Assembly (NCBI GenBank): GCA_018260565.1
Contig: JAGLAZ010000007.1
Coordinates: forward strand, 17,763 to 81,762
Length of the DNA stretch: 64,000 bases
Source of the DNA: Flavobacteriaceae bacterium
GTDB lineage: Bacteria > Bacteroidota > Bacteroidia > Flavobacteriales > Weeksellaceae
Direction of reading: 5' to 3'
The notes beneath the pieces are model-generated. The model had not been told where the DNA came from, did not search any database, and was given only the letters and a program-made list of their open reading frames with translations. Every line of letters begins with the position of its first letter. Within the stretch, counting starts at the first letter, position 1. This document shows positions 27,042 through 36,080 of this stretch, piece by piece. Position numbers and translations under genes: made by a program.

Positions 27042-27049
27042 TATATTTG
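27042..27049 (+). promoter_or_regulatory. Bacteroidetes-type -7 promoter box (TAnnTTTG)
   Basis: TATATTTG lies 15 nt upstream of the ATG at 27064, at the end of a 228-bp intergenic region. Confidence 0.35.
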
Positions 27050-27063
27050 CGAAAAAGCGTTTC

Positions 27064-28404
27064 ATGGCAGAACACAAACTCATTCTCCCAGCTATGGGTG
27101 AAGGTGTAATGGAGGCAACAATTATTAACTGGCTCTACTCTGAAGGAGATTTCGTAAAAGAGGACGATTCCGTAGTAGAAATTGCTACAGATAAAGTAGA
27201 TAGTGATGTTCCCACACCTGTAAGCGGGAAAATTATTAAAATCTTAAAACAAAAAGACGAAATAGCTAAAATCGGCGAAGCCATAGCTATATTGGAAATT
27301 GAAGGTAATGGTTCTGCAGATGACACTCAATCTGAACAGCCTTTAAAAGAAGTAAGTACCAATAATGATTCTGTCAAAGAAAAGAATATAGAAACTATTG
27401 AGGAAAGCATTCCACACGTTCAGGGTGTTTTATCCAGCGGTACCTCACATGAGGGTTTTCTTAGCCCATTAGTTAAAAATATTATCTCGAAGGAAAATAT
27501 TACTAATGAGGAGTTAAATTCTATTAAAGGAACTGGCCAAAATAATCGAATTACCAAAGAAGATATTCTTTTATATTTAAAAAGTAGAGGAGAAAAAATT
27601 CCACAAACAATTGAAAATGCGAAACATCAATTAGCTACCGAAACTATAATGCCGAATAATTTGGCTGCTCCTGCTCAGCCTCGCGCCCCACAATCTGGCG
27701 AGGAAATAATTCCAATGGACAGGATGCGGAGAATTATCGCTGAAAATATGGTGAAAAGTAAGCACACCGCACCACATGTAACATCTTTTATAGAAAGTGA
27801 TGTTACACCCGTAGTTCGGTGGAGACTGAAAAATAAGGATATTTTTGAGAAAAGGTATGGAGAAAAACTCACCTTTATGCCCATATTTGTAAGGGCTGTA
27901 GTGAAAGCTATTCAGGATTATCCTATGATAAATATTTCCGTAGAAGGCGAAAATATTATAAAGAAATCTAATATAAATATAGGGATGGCTACTGCACTGC
28001 CAGACGGAAACTTGATAGTCCCAGTAATTAAAAATGCCGATCAACTCTCTATTTCTGGTCTAGCCAAAGCAATTAATGATTTGGCATTTAGAGCAAGAAA
28101 CAGAAAACTTAAACCAGAAGATACGCAAGGAGCTACTTATACTATTAGCAATGTGGGAAGCTTTGGGAACTTAATGGGTACACCTATTATACCACTGCCA
28201 CAAGTAGCTATTTTAGCCATTGGTGCTATTGTTAAAAAGCCTGCCGTAATATCTACACCAGAAGGGGATGCCATAGCCATTCGTCATCTTATGTTTATGA
28301 GTCACAGCTATGACCATCGCGTAGTAGATGGATCTTTAGGTGGAATGTTTTTAAAACACGTCCATGATTATCTTGAAAATTGGGACCCAGAAACAGAAAT
28401 TTAA
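27064..28404 (+). CDS. 2-oxo acid dehydrogenase E2 component (dihydrolipoamide acyltransferase)
   Basis: Lipoyl domain (VEIATDKVDSDVP), a peripheral subunit-binding domain (SPLVKNIISKENI...GTGQNNRITKEDI), and the catalytic motif SHSYDHRVVDG. Confidence 0.9.
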   Translation: MAEHKLILPAMGEGVMEATIINWLYSEGDFVKEDDSVVEIATDKVDSDVPTPVSGKIIKILKQKDEIAKIGEAIAILEIEGNGSADDTQSEQPLKEVSTNNDSVKEKNIETIEESIPHVQGVLSSGTSHEGFLSPLVKNIISKENITNEELNSIKGTGQNNRITKEDILLYLKSRGEKIPQTIENAKHQLATETIMPNNLAAPAQPRAPQSGEEIIPMDRMRRIIAENMVKSKHTAPHVTSFIESDVTPVVRWRLKNKDIFEKRYGEKLTFMPIFVRAVVKAIQDYPMINISVEGENIIKKSNINIGMATALPDGNLIVPVIKNADQLSISGLAKAINDLAFRARNRKLKPEDTQGATYTISNVGSFGNLMGTPIIPLPQVAILAIGAIVKKPAVISTPEGDAIAIRHLMFMSHSYDHRVVDGSLGGMFLKHVHDYLENWDPETEI

Positions 28405-28428
28405 TACTAATTTATTCTACATAATATA

Positions 28429-29568
28429 ATGGATTTTAACCTAACGGAAGAACACGAAATGATACGGCAGGCTGCAAGAGATTTTGCAGTTAATGAGCTT
28501 TTGCCAGGCGTTATTGAGAGAGACAGAGAACAAAAATTTCCTTATGACCAAGTCAAAAAAATGGCAGGCTTAGGATTTTTAGGTATGATGGTTTCCCCAC
28601 AATATGGTGGCGCAGGCCTGGATAGTATTTCCTATGTATTAGCAATGGAGGAAATTTCTAAAATTGACGCATCCGCCGCAGTAGTAATTTCTGTAAATAA
28701 CTCTTTGGTTTGTGCAGGTTTAGAAAAATTTGCAAGTGAAGAACAAAAAATCAAATATTTAACTCCTCTTGCCAAAGGTGAAGTTTTAGGTGCATTTGCC
28801 CTTTCGGAACCGGAAGCAGGATCTGATGCAACTTCCCAAAAGACCACTGCTATAGATAAAGGAGATTATTACGAACTCAACGGGGTAAAAAATTGGATAA
28901 CCAATGGTGGTAATGCCAAATATTACATCGTGATCGCACAGACTAATCCCGAGAAAGGCCATAAAGGTATTAATGCTTTTATAGTTGAAAGAGAATGGGA
29001 AGGTTTTGAAATTGGACCTAAAGAAGATAAATTAGGTATTCGAGGCTCTGATACGCACTCTCTTTTGTTTACTAATGTTAAAGTACCAAAAGAAAACAGG
29101 ATAGGAGAAGATGGTTTCGGGTTCAATTTTGCAATGGCTGTACTGAATGGTGGGAGGATAGGTATAGCATCTCAGGCCTTGGGTATTGCCGCAGGTGCAT
29201 ACGAACTTGCTTTAAAATATGCTCAGGAAAGAAAAGCTTTTGGTAAAGAAATAATTAAGCATCAAGCAATTGCATTTAAACTTGCTGATATGCATGTAAA
29301 AATTATGGCCGCCAGAATGCTATGCTATAAAGCCGCAGCTGAAAAGGATGAAGGTGAAGATATATCAGTTTCCGGAGCAATGGCAAAATTATACGCCTCC
29401 GATACTGCAATGGAGGTTACAGTAGATGCGGTGCAAATTCATGGTGGAAATGGCTATGTGAAGGAATATCACGTAGAAAGGATGATGCGTGATGCAAAAA
29501 TAACTCAGATTTACGAAGGCACATCAGAGATTCAACGTATCGTAATTTCCAGAGGAATATCCAATTAA
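28429..29568 (+). CDS. acyl-CoA dehydrogenase (short/branched-chain type)
   Basis: 379 aa. Motifs GAFALSEPEAGSD, WITNGG and IYEGTSEIQRIVISR. Confidence 0.9.
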   Translation: MDFNLTEEHEMIRQAARDFAVNELLPGVIERDREQKFPYDQVKKMAGLGFLGMMVSPQYGGAGLDSISYVLAMEEISKIDASAAVVISVNNSLVCAGLEKFASEEQKIKYLTPLAKGEVLGAFALSEPEAGSDATSQKTTAIDKGDYYELNGVKNWITNGGNAKYYIVIAQTNPEKGHKGINAFIVEREWEGFEIGPKEDKLGIRGSDTHSLLFTNVKVPKENRIGEDGFGFNFAMAVLNGGRIGIASQALGIAAGAYELALKYAQERKAFGKEIIKHQAIAFKLADMHVKIMAARMLCYKAAAEKDEGEDISVSGAMAKLYASDTAMEVTVDAVQIHGGNGYVKEYHVERMMRDAKITQIYEGTSEIQRIVISRGISN

Positions 29569-29596
29569 TTCTCTGAAATCTTAATAATTATACAAT

Positions 29597-30034
29597 ATGA
29601 AAAACGACGAACTCACTGGGAAAAGCTATTCCTCCCCTACTTTCTCTAGCCCTAAAAACAACCTTAGAAAAAGAGTTCTCCCACTTTTTCTTCTTGGTAT
29701 ATTGCTTATTGCAGGTGGTATTTTTTGGTATAAATATCTTTTTGTTTTTGCAGAAGGGGTAAAAAGCGGAACGCTAAATTATATAACTAAAAAAGGTTAT
29801 GTATTTAAAACCTATGAAGGAAAATTAATACAAGATGGCTTTGGTAGAGGAAGAACAGGAGATCTTACCTCCTATGAATTTGAATTTTCCGTTTCTGAGG
29901 ATGCGGTTTTTAAAACCCTTTCTGAAAATGCAGGAAAAAAAATGGACGTACATTATAAAGAATATAAAGGTGTATTGCCTTGGAGAGGAAACACCCGCTA
30001 TGTGGTAGATCAAGTGAGTAATATTTCTCAATAA
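29597..30034 (+). CDS. hypothetical membrane-anchored protein
   Basis: 145 aa with a single TM (VLPLFLLGILLIAGGIFWY). I recognise no family. Confidence 0.55.
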   Translation: MKNDELTGKSYSSPTFSSPKNNLRKRVLPLFLLGILLIAGGIFWYKYLFVFAEGVKSGTLNYITKKGYVFKTYEGKLIQDGFGRGRTGDLTSYEFEFSVSEDAVFKTLSENAGKKMDVHYKEYKGVLPWRGNTRYVVDQVSNISQ

Positions 30035-30036
30035 AA

Positions 30037-30064
30037 GAAAGGCCCTATATCAAGGGCCTTTTCT
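30037..30064. terminator. bidirectional intrinsic terminator
   Basis: aaaggccct (30038-30046) pairs with agggccttt (30053-30061), flanked by A and T runs, between convergent genes. Confidence 0.75.
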
Positions 30065-30085
30065 AATGATGAGAAATTGAATTAA

Positions 30086-30934
30086 TTAGGTATCTCTTCT
30101 TTTTAGAATAAGGAAAGAACCTATTAAAAATATCCCTATCCAAAAGATACTGGCCAATACTGAATAGGTAGGGAAAGGGAAATCTGTAGTAATACCGAAC
30201 ATTTTAGCAGTTTTTAGTCGTAGTAGTGGGTTTTTTAAAAGGTTTCCAAAAGATTCTAAAGGTAAAAAACTTGTTATCCCAGTATAATGCTGAAGTTTTT
30301 CAATTGCTTGATCTGGGTTAACACCAGCCATGTAGCTAGCTTTTTCAACTGAAATTAAAATTGTTTCTACTATTGACCATACAAATAATCCAATCAATAC
30401 AAATATGGATTTTCTAAATAGTACACTTAAGAATAATAAAAAGGTAAAAAAACCTACTAATTTCACAAAATAACACCCAATAAAATACATTTCCTGTGTT
30501 ACGAGAGAAAAATCTGTTTTAGTAGAATAAGTATATCCTAAAAATAGCGTAATAAGGAAGACAAGTATTGTAGAAAGCAAAGAAAACATGAGAATAGTAA
30601 GAAATTTAGAGGTAATAAATTCCTTCCTGCTCAATCCATCAATAGTATTTTGTTTAAACATTCTGTTGGTGAATTCCTGACAAACTGAAAATACGATTAT
30701 TAGGCCCAAAAAAATCTTTAATAAGCCTACGATATAGGTTGTGAAGCTCCAAATATATGGGAATTCATAAATTCCTTCTGTTTTTAAATTAATATTGAAT
30801 TTATCAAATAACTTAAAATCAACTAAGCCAATAAAGAGTAAACCACCTAAAATTATAAAGTAGATTATGCTAAGAATCCGGAAAGGTTTGTAATTTATAT
30901 TTTTTAAATACTCCAGTGTTAGTAATCTTTTCAT
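30086..30934 (-). CDS. ABC-2 type transporter permease
   Basis: 282 aa, about 6 TM segments, immediately downstream of and overlapping the ABC ATPase gene. Confidence 0.65.
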   Translation of the reverse strand: MKRLLTLEYLKNINYKPFRILSIIYFIILGGLLFIGLVDFKLFDKFNINLKTEGIYEFPYIWSFTTYIVGLLKIFLGLIIVFSVCQEFTNRMFKQNTIDGLSRKEFITSKFLTILMFSLLSTILVFLITLFLGYTYSTKTDFSLVTQEMYFIGCYFVKLVGFFTFLLFLSVLFRKSIFVLIGLFVWSIVETILISVEKASYMAGVNPDQAIEKLQHYTGITSFLPLESFGNLLKNPLLRLKTAKMFGITTDFPFPTYSVLASIFWIGIFLIGSFLILKRRDT

Positions 30935-31836
30935 TAGGCTGGATTTTGAATTAATTGTAAAAAGTTTGTCTCCAAAGAATGCTTTTTATGCACCAACTGA
31001 GAAAGGTGAATCCCTTCCTGGACAAGTATTTTATTTAGTTGAGCGGGCATAAGATTTCCTGTCGCAGTAGCGATAACGAGATTATCTTTAATGCTAATTT
31101 CTAAAATTCCGTCTATGTTTTTCACTGCATCAGCAAGCTTTTCTACTGATATATCTTCACATCGTAATTCGTAGAAGGCTTCCTGCTTCCCTACACCAGA
31201 AACTTCTCCACTGTATATAGCAGTTCCTTGTTTTAATATTAAAACATGGGTACATATCTTTTCAATTTCATCCAATAAATGGCTTGCAATAAAAATAGTT
31301 ATACCCTTGGATGCAATATGCTGAATAAGATTTCGAATTTGAATAATTCCCTCTGGATCTAGCCCATTGGTAGGTTCATCTAATATTAAAATTTCAGGAT
31401 CATTGAGTAAAGCAGAAGCGATAGATAGACGCTGCTTCATCCCTAAAGAAAAGTTTTTAAACTTCTCTTTTTTTCTATCTAAAAGATTTACTAGTTGTAA
31501 TTTTTCCTCAATTTTGTTGTAAGGCACGCCTTTTATTTGTGCTACAATTTTTAAATTATCGAGTGCGGAGAGGTAGGGATAAAAATTAGGCTGTTCGATA
31601 ATGGCACCCATTCGTTTTAAAGTCGCAGTATCGGTACCCTCCTTCCCAAACCATTCCCAGCTTCCTCCCGTAGGTTGCACAGTAGTAAGTAGCATTCCGA
31701 AGGTAGTAGATTTCCCACTACCATTAGGTCCTAAAATACCATATACATTCCCTTTATCTATAGAAAAATTAAGATTGTTTACTGCGAGAACTTTGTATTT
31801 TTTTGTCAGGTTATTTACCTGGAGTACACTATTCAT
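30934..31836 (-). CDS. ABC transporter ATP-binding protein
   Basis: Walker A GPNGSGKST, signature FSLGMKQR, Walker B ILILDEPTNGLD. Confidence 0.9.
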   Translation of the reverse strand: MNSVLQVNNLTKKYKVLAVNNLNFSIDKGNVYGILGPNGSGKSTTFGMLLTTVQPTGGSWEWFGKEGTDTATLKRMGAIIEQPNFYPYLSALDNLKIVAQIKGVPYNKIEEKLQLVNLLDRKKEKFKNFSLGMKQRLSIASALLNDPEILILDEPTNGLDPEGIIQIRNLIQHIASKGITIFIASHLLDEIEKICTHVLILKQGTAIYSGEVSGVGKQEAFYELRCEDISVEKLADAVKNIDGILEISIKDNLVIATATGNLMPAQLNKILVQEGIHLSQLVHKKHSLETNFLQLIQNPA

Positions 31837-31927
31837 ACATAAATTTTAATAATAAGTAACCTTATCCTAAAATTTGTTACATAAAATAGCTCAAAAATTA
31901 AATCTTAACAAAAATGAAGTTAATTTG

Positions 31928-32001
31928 TCGGGATGACTGGATTCGAACCAGCGACCCCTTGCACCCCATGCAAGTACGCTACCAAGCTGCGCTACATCCC
32001 G
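31928..32001 (-). tRNA. tRNA-Pro (anticodon GGG)
   Basis: The reverse complement reads CGGGATGTAGCGCAGCTTGGTAGCGTACTTGCATGGGGTGCAAGGGGTCGCTGGTTCGAATCCAGTCATCCCGA. Anticodon stem CTTGC/GCAAG, loop ATGGGGT (U33, GGG, G37), T-loop GGTTCGAATCC. Confidence 0.9.
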
Positions 32002-32029
32002 AAAAAGAGCGCAAATATAATATTTACTT

Positions 32030-32037
32030 TAATTTTG
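32030..32037 (+). promoter_or_regulatory. Bacteroidetes-type -7 promoter box (TAnnTTTG)
   Basis: TAATTTTG lies 47 nt upstream of the hisS ATG. Confidence 0.3.
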
Positions 32038-32083
32038 GCAAAAAGGAATAATTTAAAACCATTATTTTTACCTCAAAATTAAT

Positions 32084-33442
32084 ATGAAACCCGGCATCCC
32101 TAAAGGCACTCGAGATTTTTCTTCCCAGGAAATCTATAAAAGACAGTATGTACAGCAAATCATAAGAAAAAGATTTGAAAATTTCGGCTTTGAACCATTA
32201 GAAACACCATCTTTTGAGTTATTAGAAACTCTTACAGGAAAATACGGAGAAGAAGGCGATCGGCTAATTTTTAAAATTCTAAATTCTGGCGATTATTTAA
32301 CTAAAGCCAATGATGAATACCTTCAGAATAAAAACAGCCTGAAATTAACCAAAGAAATTTCAGAAAAAGCGCTGCGTTATGATCTTACGGTACCATTTGC
32401 ACGATATGTTGCAATGAATCATACACAGCTTCCAATGCCGTTTAGGAGATATCAAATTCAGCCGGTTTGGCGCGCTGATAGACCTCAAAAAGGCCGCTAC
32501 AGAGAATTTTATCAATGCGATGCAGATATTGTAGGGAGTACATCTATACTTTTGGATATTGAACTTTGTGCACTATATGGACAAGTGTTTTCAGACTTGA
32601 ACTTGCCTATTCATATCCATCTTAATAATAGAAAAGTATTACAAGAAATTGCCTCTATCTTAGGCGTTTCAGATGATAAGTTTCTTGTGTTCAGTGTTAT
32701 TCTTGATAAAATTGATAAGATTGGAATTCAAGAAGTCCTGTTACAATGGAAGGACATGGGTATCGAGGAGGAAAAGTTACATTTAGCTCAGAATTTATTT
32801 GGTACTGAAAAAAATTCAGATGAAATGATTTTATTTTTAAATCAAATATTTGAATTAAATACTTCAGCACTTCATTCCTTAGAGGAATTGAAGAAAGTTT
32901 ACGAAGGTGCAAAAAACCTTCTCCCTTCATCTTCTGAAATACGCATAGACCTTAGCCTTGCAAGGGGATTAGATTATTATACAGGTTCTATCTTTGAAGT
33001 TAAATCTCCATCGGTTGCCATGGGAAGTTTAGGCGGCGGCGGCAGGTATGACGATCTTACAGGAATGTTTGGGTTAAAGAATATGCCGGGAATTGGGATA
33101 TCATTTGGCTTAGATAGGATAATATTGGTGATGGAGGAGTTAAGTATTTTTCAAAAACTGGGGATAGGTCAAAATTCTGGCGGTATTCTATTTGCCAATT
33201 TGGGCCAGGAAGAATCTATCCAAGCTATGATGCAAATGATGAATTTTAGAAATAAAAATCCTAAAAGCCGTTCAGAACTTTATCCTGAATCTGCCAAAAT
33301 TAAGAAACAGTTCAGTTTTGCAGAGAAAAAAGGCTATGAAATGGTAGCGATAATTGGTTCTGAAGAAATCGAAAAACAGGAGATTCAACTTAAAAATATT
33401 GTCTCAGGAGAGCAGACCCGTATCCCATTTGATTCATTATAA
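32084..33442 (+). CDS. hisS: histidine--tRNA ligase
   Basis: 452 aa. Class II motifs and HisS blocks ALRYDLTVPFARY, RREFYQCD-like (YREFYQCDADI) and GGGGRYDDL. Confidence 0.9.
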   Translation: MKPGIPKGTRDFSSQEIYKRQYVQQIIRKRFENFGFEPLETPSFELLETLTGKYGEEGDRLIFKILNSGDYLTKANDEYLQNKNSLKLTKEISEKALRYDLTVPFARYVAMNHTQLPMPFRRYQIQPVWRADRPQKGRYREFYQCDADIVGSTSILLDIELCALYGQVFSDLNLPIHIHLNNRKVLQEIASILGVSDDKFLVFSVILDKIDKIGIQEVLLQWKDMGIEEEKLHLAQNLFGTEKNSDEMILFLNQIFELNTSALHSLEELKKVYEGAKNLLPSSSEIRIDLSLARGLDYYTGSIFEVKSPSVAMGSLGGGGRYDDLTGMFGLKNMPGIGISFGLDRIILVMEELSIFQKLGIGQNSGGILFANLGQEESIQAMMQMMNFRNKNPKSRSELYPESAKIKKQFSFAEKKGYEMVAIIGSEEIEKQEIQLKNIVSGEQTRIPFDSL

Positions 33443-33445
33443 AAA

Positions 33446-33472
33446 GAGCCGGAAGATTTTCCGGCATTTTTT
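33446..33472. terminator. bidirectional intrinsic terminator
   Basis: gccggaa (33448-33454) pairs with ttccggc (33459-33465), followed by T6. It lies between convergent hisS and the alpha-oxoamine synthase gene. Confidence 0.7.
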
Positions 33473-34745
33473 ACATATCTTTAAAAGAATAGCCTTCCTT
33501 GGCTACCAGCTCATCAGCTTGACGTTTGTATTCTCCAGAATCAAGTTTTTCCCGTACTGCACGGAAAGCCTCCAGAGTTGTATTTATTTCCGCATCTGTA
33601 TGGGATGCCGTAGGAATTAAGCGCAATAATATCATTCCTTTTGGTATTACAGGATACACCACAATAGAGGTAAATACTCCGAAGTTTTCCCTTAAATCTT
33701 TCACCATAATGGTAGCCTCCACCGTAGTTCCCTTCATCATGACAGGCGTAACGCACGTATTGGTATTTCCAATATCGAAACCGCTGTCTAATAAACCTTT
33801 TTGAAGTTTATTGACATTTTCCCAAAGTTTATTTTTGATTTCTGGACGAGTTCTGAGTAATTCAAGTCTTTTTAATCCGCCAATAACCATAGGTAATGTT
33901 AAGGATTTAGCGAATATTTGAGACCTAAGATTAAATTTCAGATACCGTATAATTTCTTTATTTCCAGCGACAAATGCACCGAAACCAGCCATAGATTTTG
34001 CAAAAGTGGAAAAATAAACATCTATTTGATCCTGGCAACCTTGTTCCTCGCCCGCACCTGCACCAGTTTTTCCAAGTGTACCGAAGCCATGAGCATCATC
34101 CACCAATAATCTAAAATTATATTTGGATTTTAAAGCACATATTTCTTTCAGTTTCCCTTGTTGGCCTCGCATCCCAAATACTCCTTCCGTAATTACCAAA
34201 ATCCCTCCTCCATTAGCTTCTGCTACCTTAGTGGCGCGTTCCAGATTCTTTTCCAGACTTTGAACATCATTATGCCTATATGTAAAACTTTTCCCGATGT
34301 GTAAACGAACACCATCTATAATACAAGCGTGAGAATCTGCATCATACACGATAACATCATGGCGGGAGACCAAAGAATCTACGATGGAAACCATCCCTTG
34401 ATATCCAAAATTTAATAAATAACAAGCATCTTTTATAACAAATTCAGCCAGTTCTTTTTCCAATTGCAAATGAAAATCTGTCTCACCGGACATGGCACGA
34501 GCACCCATAGGATAAAATAAACCATACTCAGCAGCAGCTTTAGCATCAGCCTCTTTTACCTCTGGATGGTTACACAAACCTAAATAATCGTTCGCACTCC
34601 AAAAAATAACTTCTCTTCCCTGAAAAATCATCCTGGGACCTATAGGACCTTCCAAACGCGGAAAAATAAAATAACCCTCTGCATAATCTGCAAACTGGCC
34701 AAGAGGGCCTGGATTATTTTTCATCCTATCGAATATATCTACCAT
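33471..34745 (-). CDS. alpha-oxoamine synthase family PLP enzyme (Spt/KBL-like; candidate cysteate- or serine-C-fatty-acyltransferase)
   Basis: 424 aa. Motifs NDYLGL, VDDAHGFG, and the PLP-lysine motif STFAKSMAG. Confidence 0.8.
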   Translation of the reverse strand: MVDIFDRMKNNPGPLGQFADYAEGYFIFPRLEGPIGPRMIFQGREVIFWSANDYLGLCNHPEVKEADAKAAAEYGLFYPMGARAMSGETDFHLQLEKELAEFVIKDACYLLNFGYQGMVSIVDSLVSRHDVIVYDADSHACIIDGVRLHIGKSFTYRHNDVQSLEKNLERATKVAEANGGGILVITEGVFGMRGQQGKLKEICALKSKYNFRLLVDDAHGFGTLGKTGAGAGEEQGCQDQIDVYFSTFAKSMAGFGAFVAGNKEIIRYLKFNLRSQIFAKSLTLPMVIGGLKRLELLRTRPEIKNKLWENVNKLQKGLLDSGFDIGNTNTCVTPVMMKGTTVEATIMVKDLRENFGVFTSIVVYPVIPKGMILLRLIPTASHTDAEINTTLEAFRAVREKLDSGEYKRQADELVAKEGYSFKDM

Positions 34746-34821
34746 AAAATCTGAATTCGTAAAGTGTGCAAAGGTAAGATATTGTGATTAGTTTACCTAA
34801 AAGCTTGTTCTAAGCTTAGAA

Positions 34822-34853
34822 ACCAAAATGCAGCCTTAATGATGGCTGCATTA
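34822..34853 (-). terminator. intrinsic terminator downstream of the CBS-like gene
   Basis: aatgcagcc (34827-34835) pairs with ggctgcatt (34844-34852). On the minus strand a T4 run follows the hairpin. Confidence 0.55.
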
Positions 34854-34872
34854 TAAATTTTATATTTCCATT

Positions 34873-35898
34873 TTATTCAGAAATTTCCTTCGGGTAATTC
34901 GCTAATGGACTATGAGTAAATCCCATCTCTTGCATCCATTCATCATTATAAACTTTAGAAATATACCTAGAACCATGATCTGGGAAGATTACTACTACAA
35001 CATCTTTTTCAGAAAAATGTTTTTCTTTATGGTATTGATGTAATGCCTGAGTAACTGCTCCGGATGTGTAACCTCCCATGATACCTTCTTTAAGTGCTAT
35101 CTCACGAGTACGGTATGCGGAATCTTCGTCATTTACTTTTACAAATTCATCAACTATAGTAAAATCTAATGCTCCCGGGATAAGGTTTTTGCCAAGACCC
35201 TCTATTTGGTAAGAATGTATTTCTTCAAGATTAACTTTTCCGGTATCAAAATAGGTTTTTAAAATCGAGCCATCAGCATCCACACCGATGACTTTTACAT
35301 GTGGATTTTTTTCCTTTAAATATCTTGCAGTCCCGCTTAAAGTACCTCCCGTACCTGTACAGGCTATTAAATGCGTAATTTTTCCTTCTGTTTGTTCCCA
35401 GATTTCAGGGCCAGTAGTGTTATAATGTGCGTCTACATTTAGTTCATTAAAGTATTGATTAATATAAATACTTCCTGGGGTTTCTGCGGCTATTCTTTTA
35501 GCAACTTCGTAATAACTTCTGGGATCATCGGCCGGCACTGCTGCTGGGCATACATGAACCTGAGCACCTAAAGCCTTAAGATAGGCTATTTTTTCCGCCT
35601 TTGTTTTATCGCTAACTGCTAGAATGCAGGAATAACCTTTTAATACACTTACCATGGCTATAGAGAATCCGGTGTTTCCGCTTGTAGTTTCTACGATGGT
35701 AGCTCCAGGTTTTAATAAACCTCTTTTTTCAGCATTTTCTACTATATGGAGAGCGATGCGATCCTTTGTGCTATGGCCAGGATTAAATGATTCCAATTTC
35801 GCTAAAACTTTTGCAGGAATTTGTTCGGTAATTTTATGTAAACGTATCATAGGAGTATTTCCTATGGTATCTAGTATAGTATTAAAGACATTCCTCAT
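34873..35898 (-). CDS. cysteine synthase / cystathionine beta-synthase-family PLP enzyme (no CBS-pair domains)
   Basis: Motifs NPGHSTKDRIA (PLP lysine), TSGNTG and GTGGTLSG. The likely start is MRNVFNTILDTIGNTPMIRL (35898); the track ORF extends to 35931. Confidence 0.8.
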   Translation of the reverse strand: MRNVFNTILDTIGNTPMIRLHKITEQIPAKVLAKLESFNPGHSTKDRIALHIVENAEKRGLLKPGATIVETTSGNTGFSIAMVSVLKGYSCILAVSDKTKAEKIAYLKALGAQVHVCPAAVPADDPRSYYEVAKRIAAETPGSIYINQYFNELNVDAHYNTTGPEIWEQTEGKITHLIACTGTGGTLSGTARYLKEKNPHVKVIGVDADGSILKTYFDTGKVNLEEIHSYQIEGLGKNLIPGALDFTIVDEFVKVNDEDSAYRTREIALKEGIMGGYTSGAVTQALHQYHKEKHFSEKDVVVVIFPDHGSRYISKVYNDEWMQEMGFTHSPLANYPKEISE

Positions 35899-36080
35899 GC
35901 AATCCTCGTGTTTAAATAAGCGAAGCGGCAAAAATACAAAAATTTCAAAATGAGTATTGCATTGTGTGAAATTCTATGATGGATATTAAGTTGAAGGCAA
36001 ATTGACCTTGATTTATTGCTGGAAATATTACTTTTTATTCGTAAAGATAATGGTATTTTAGCACGGAAAAATATACATTC

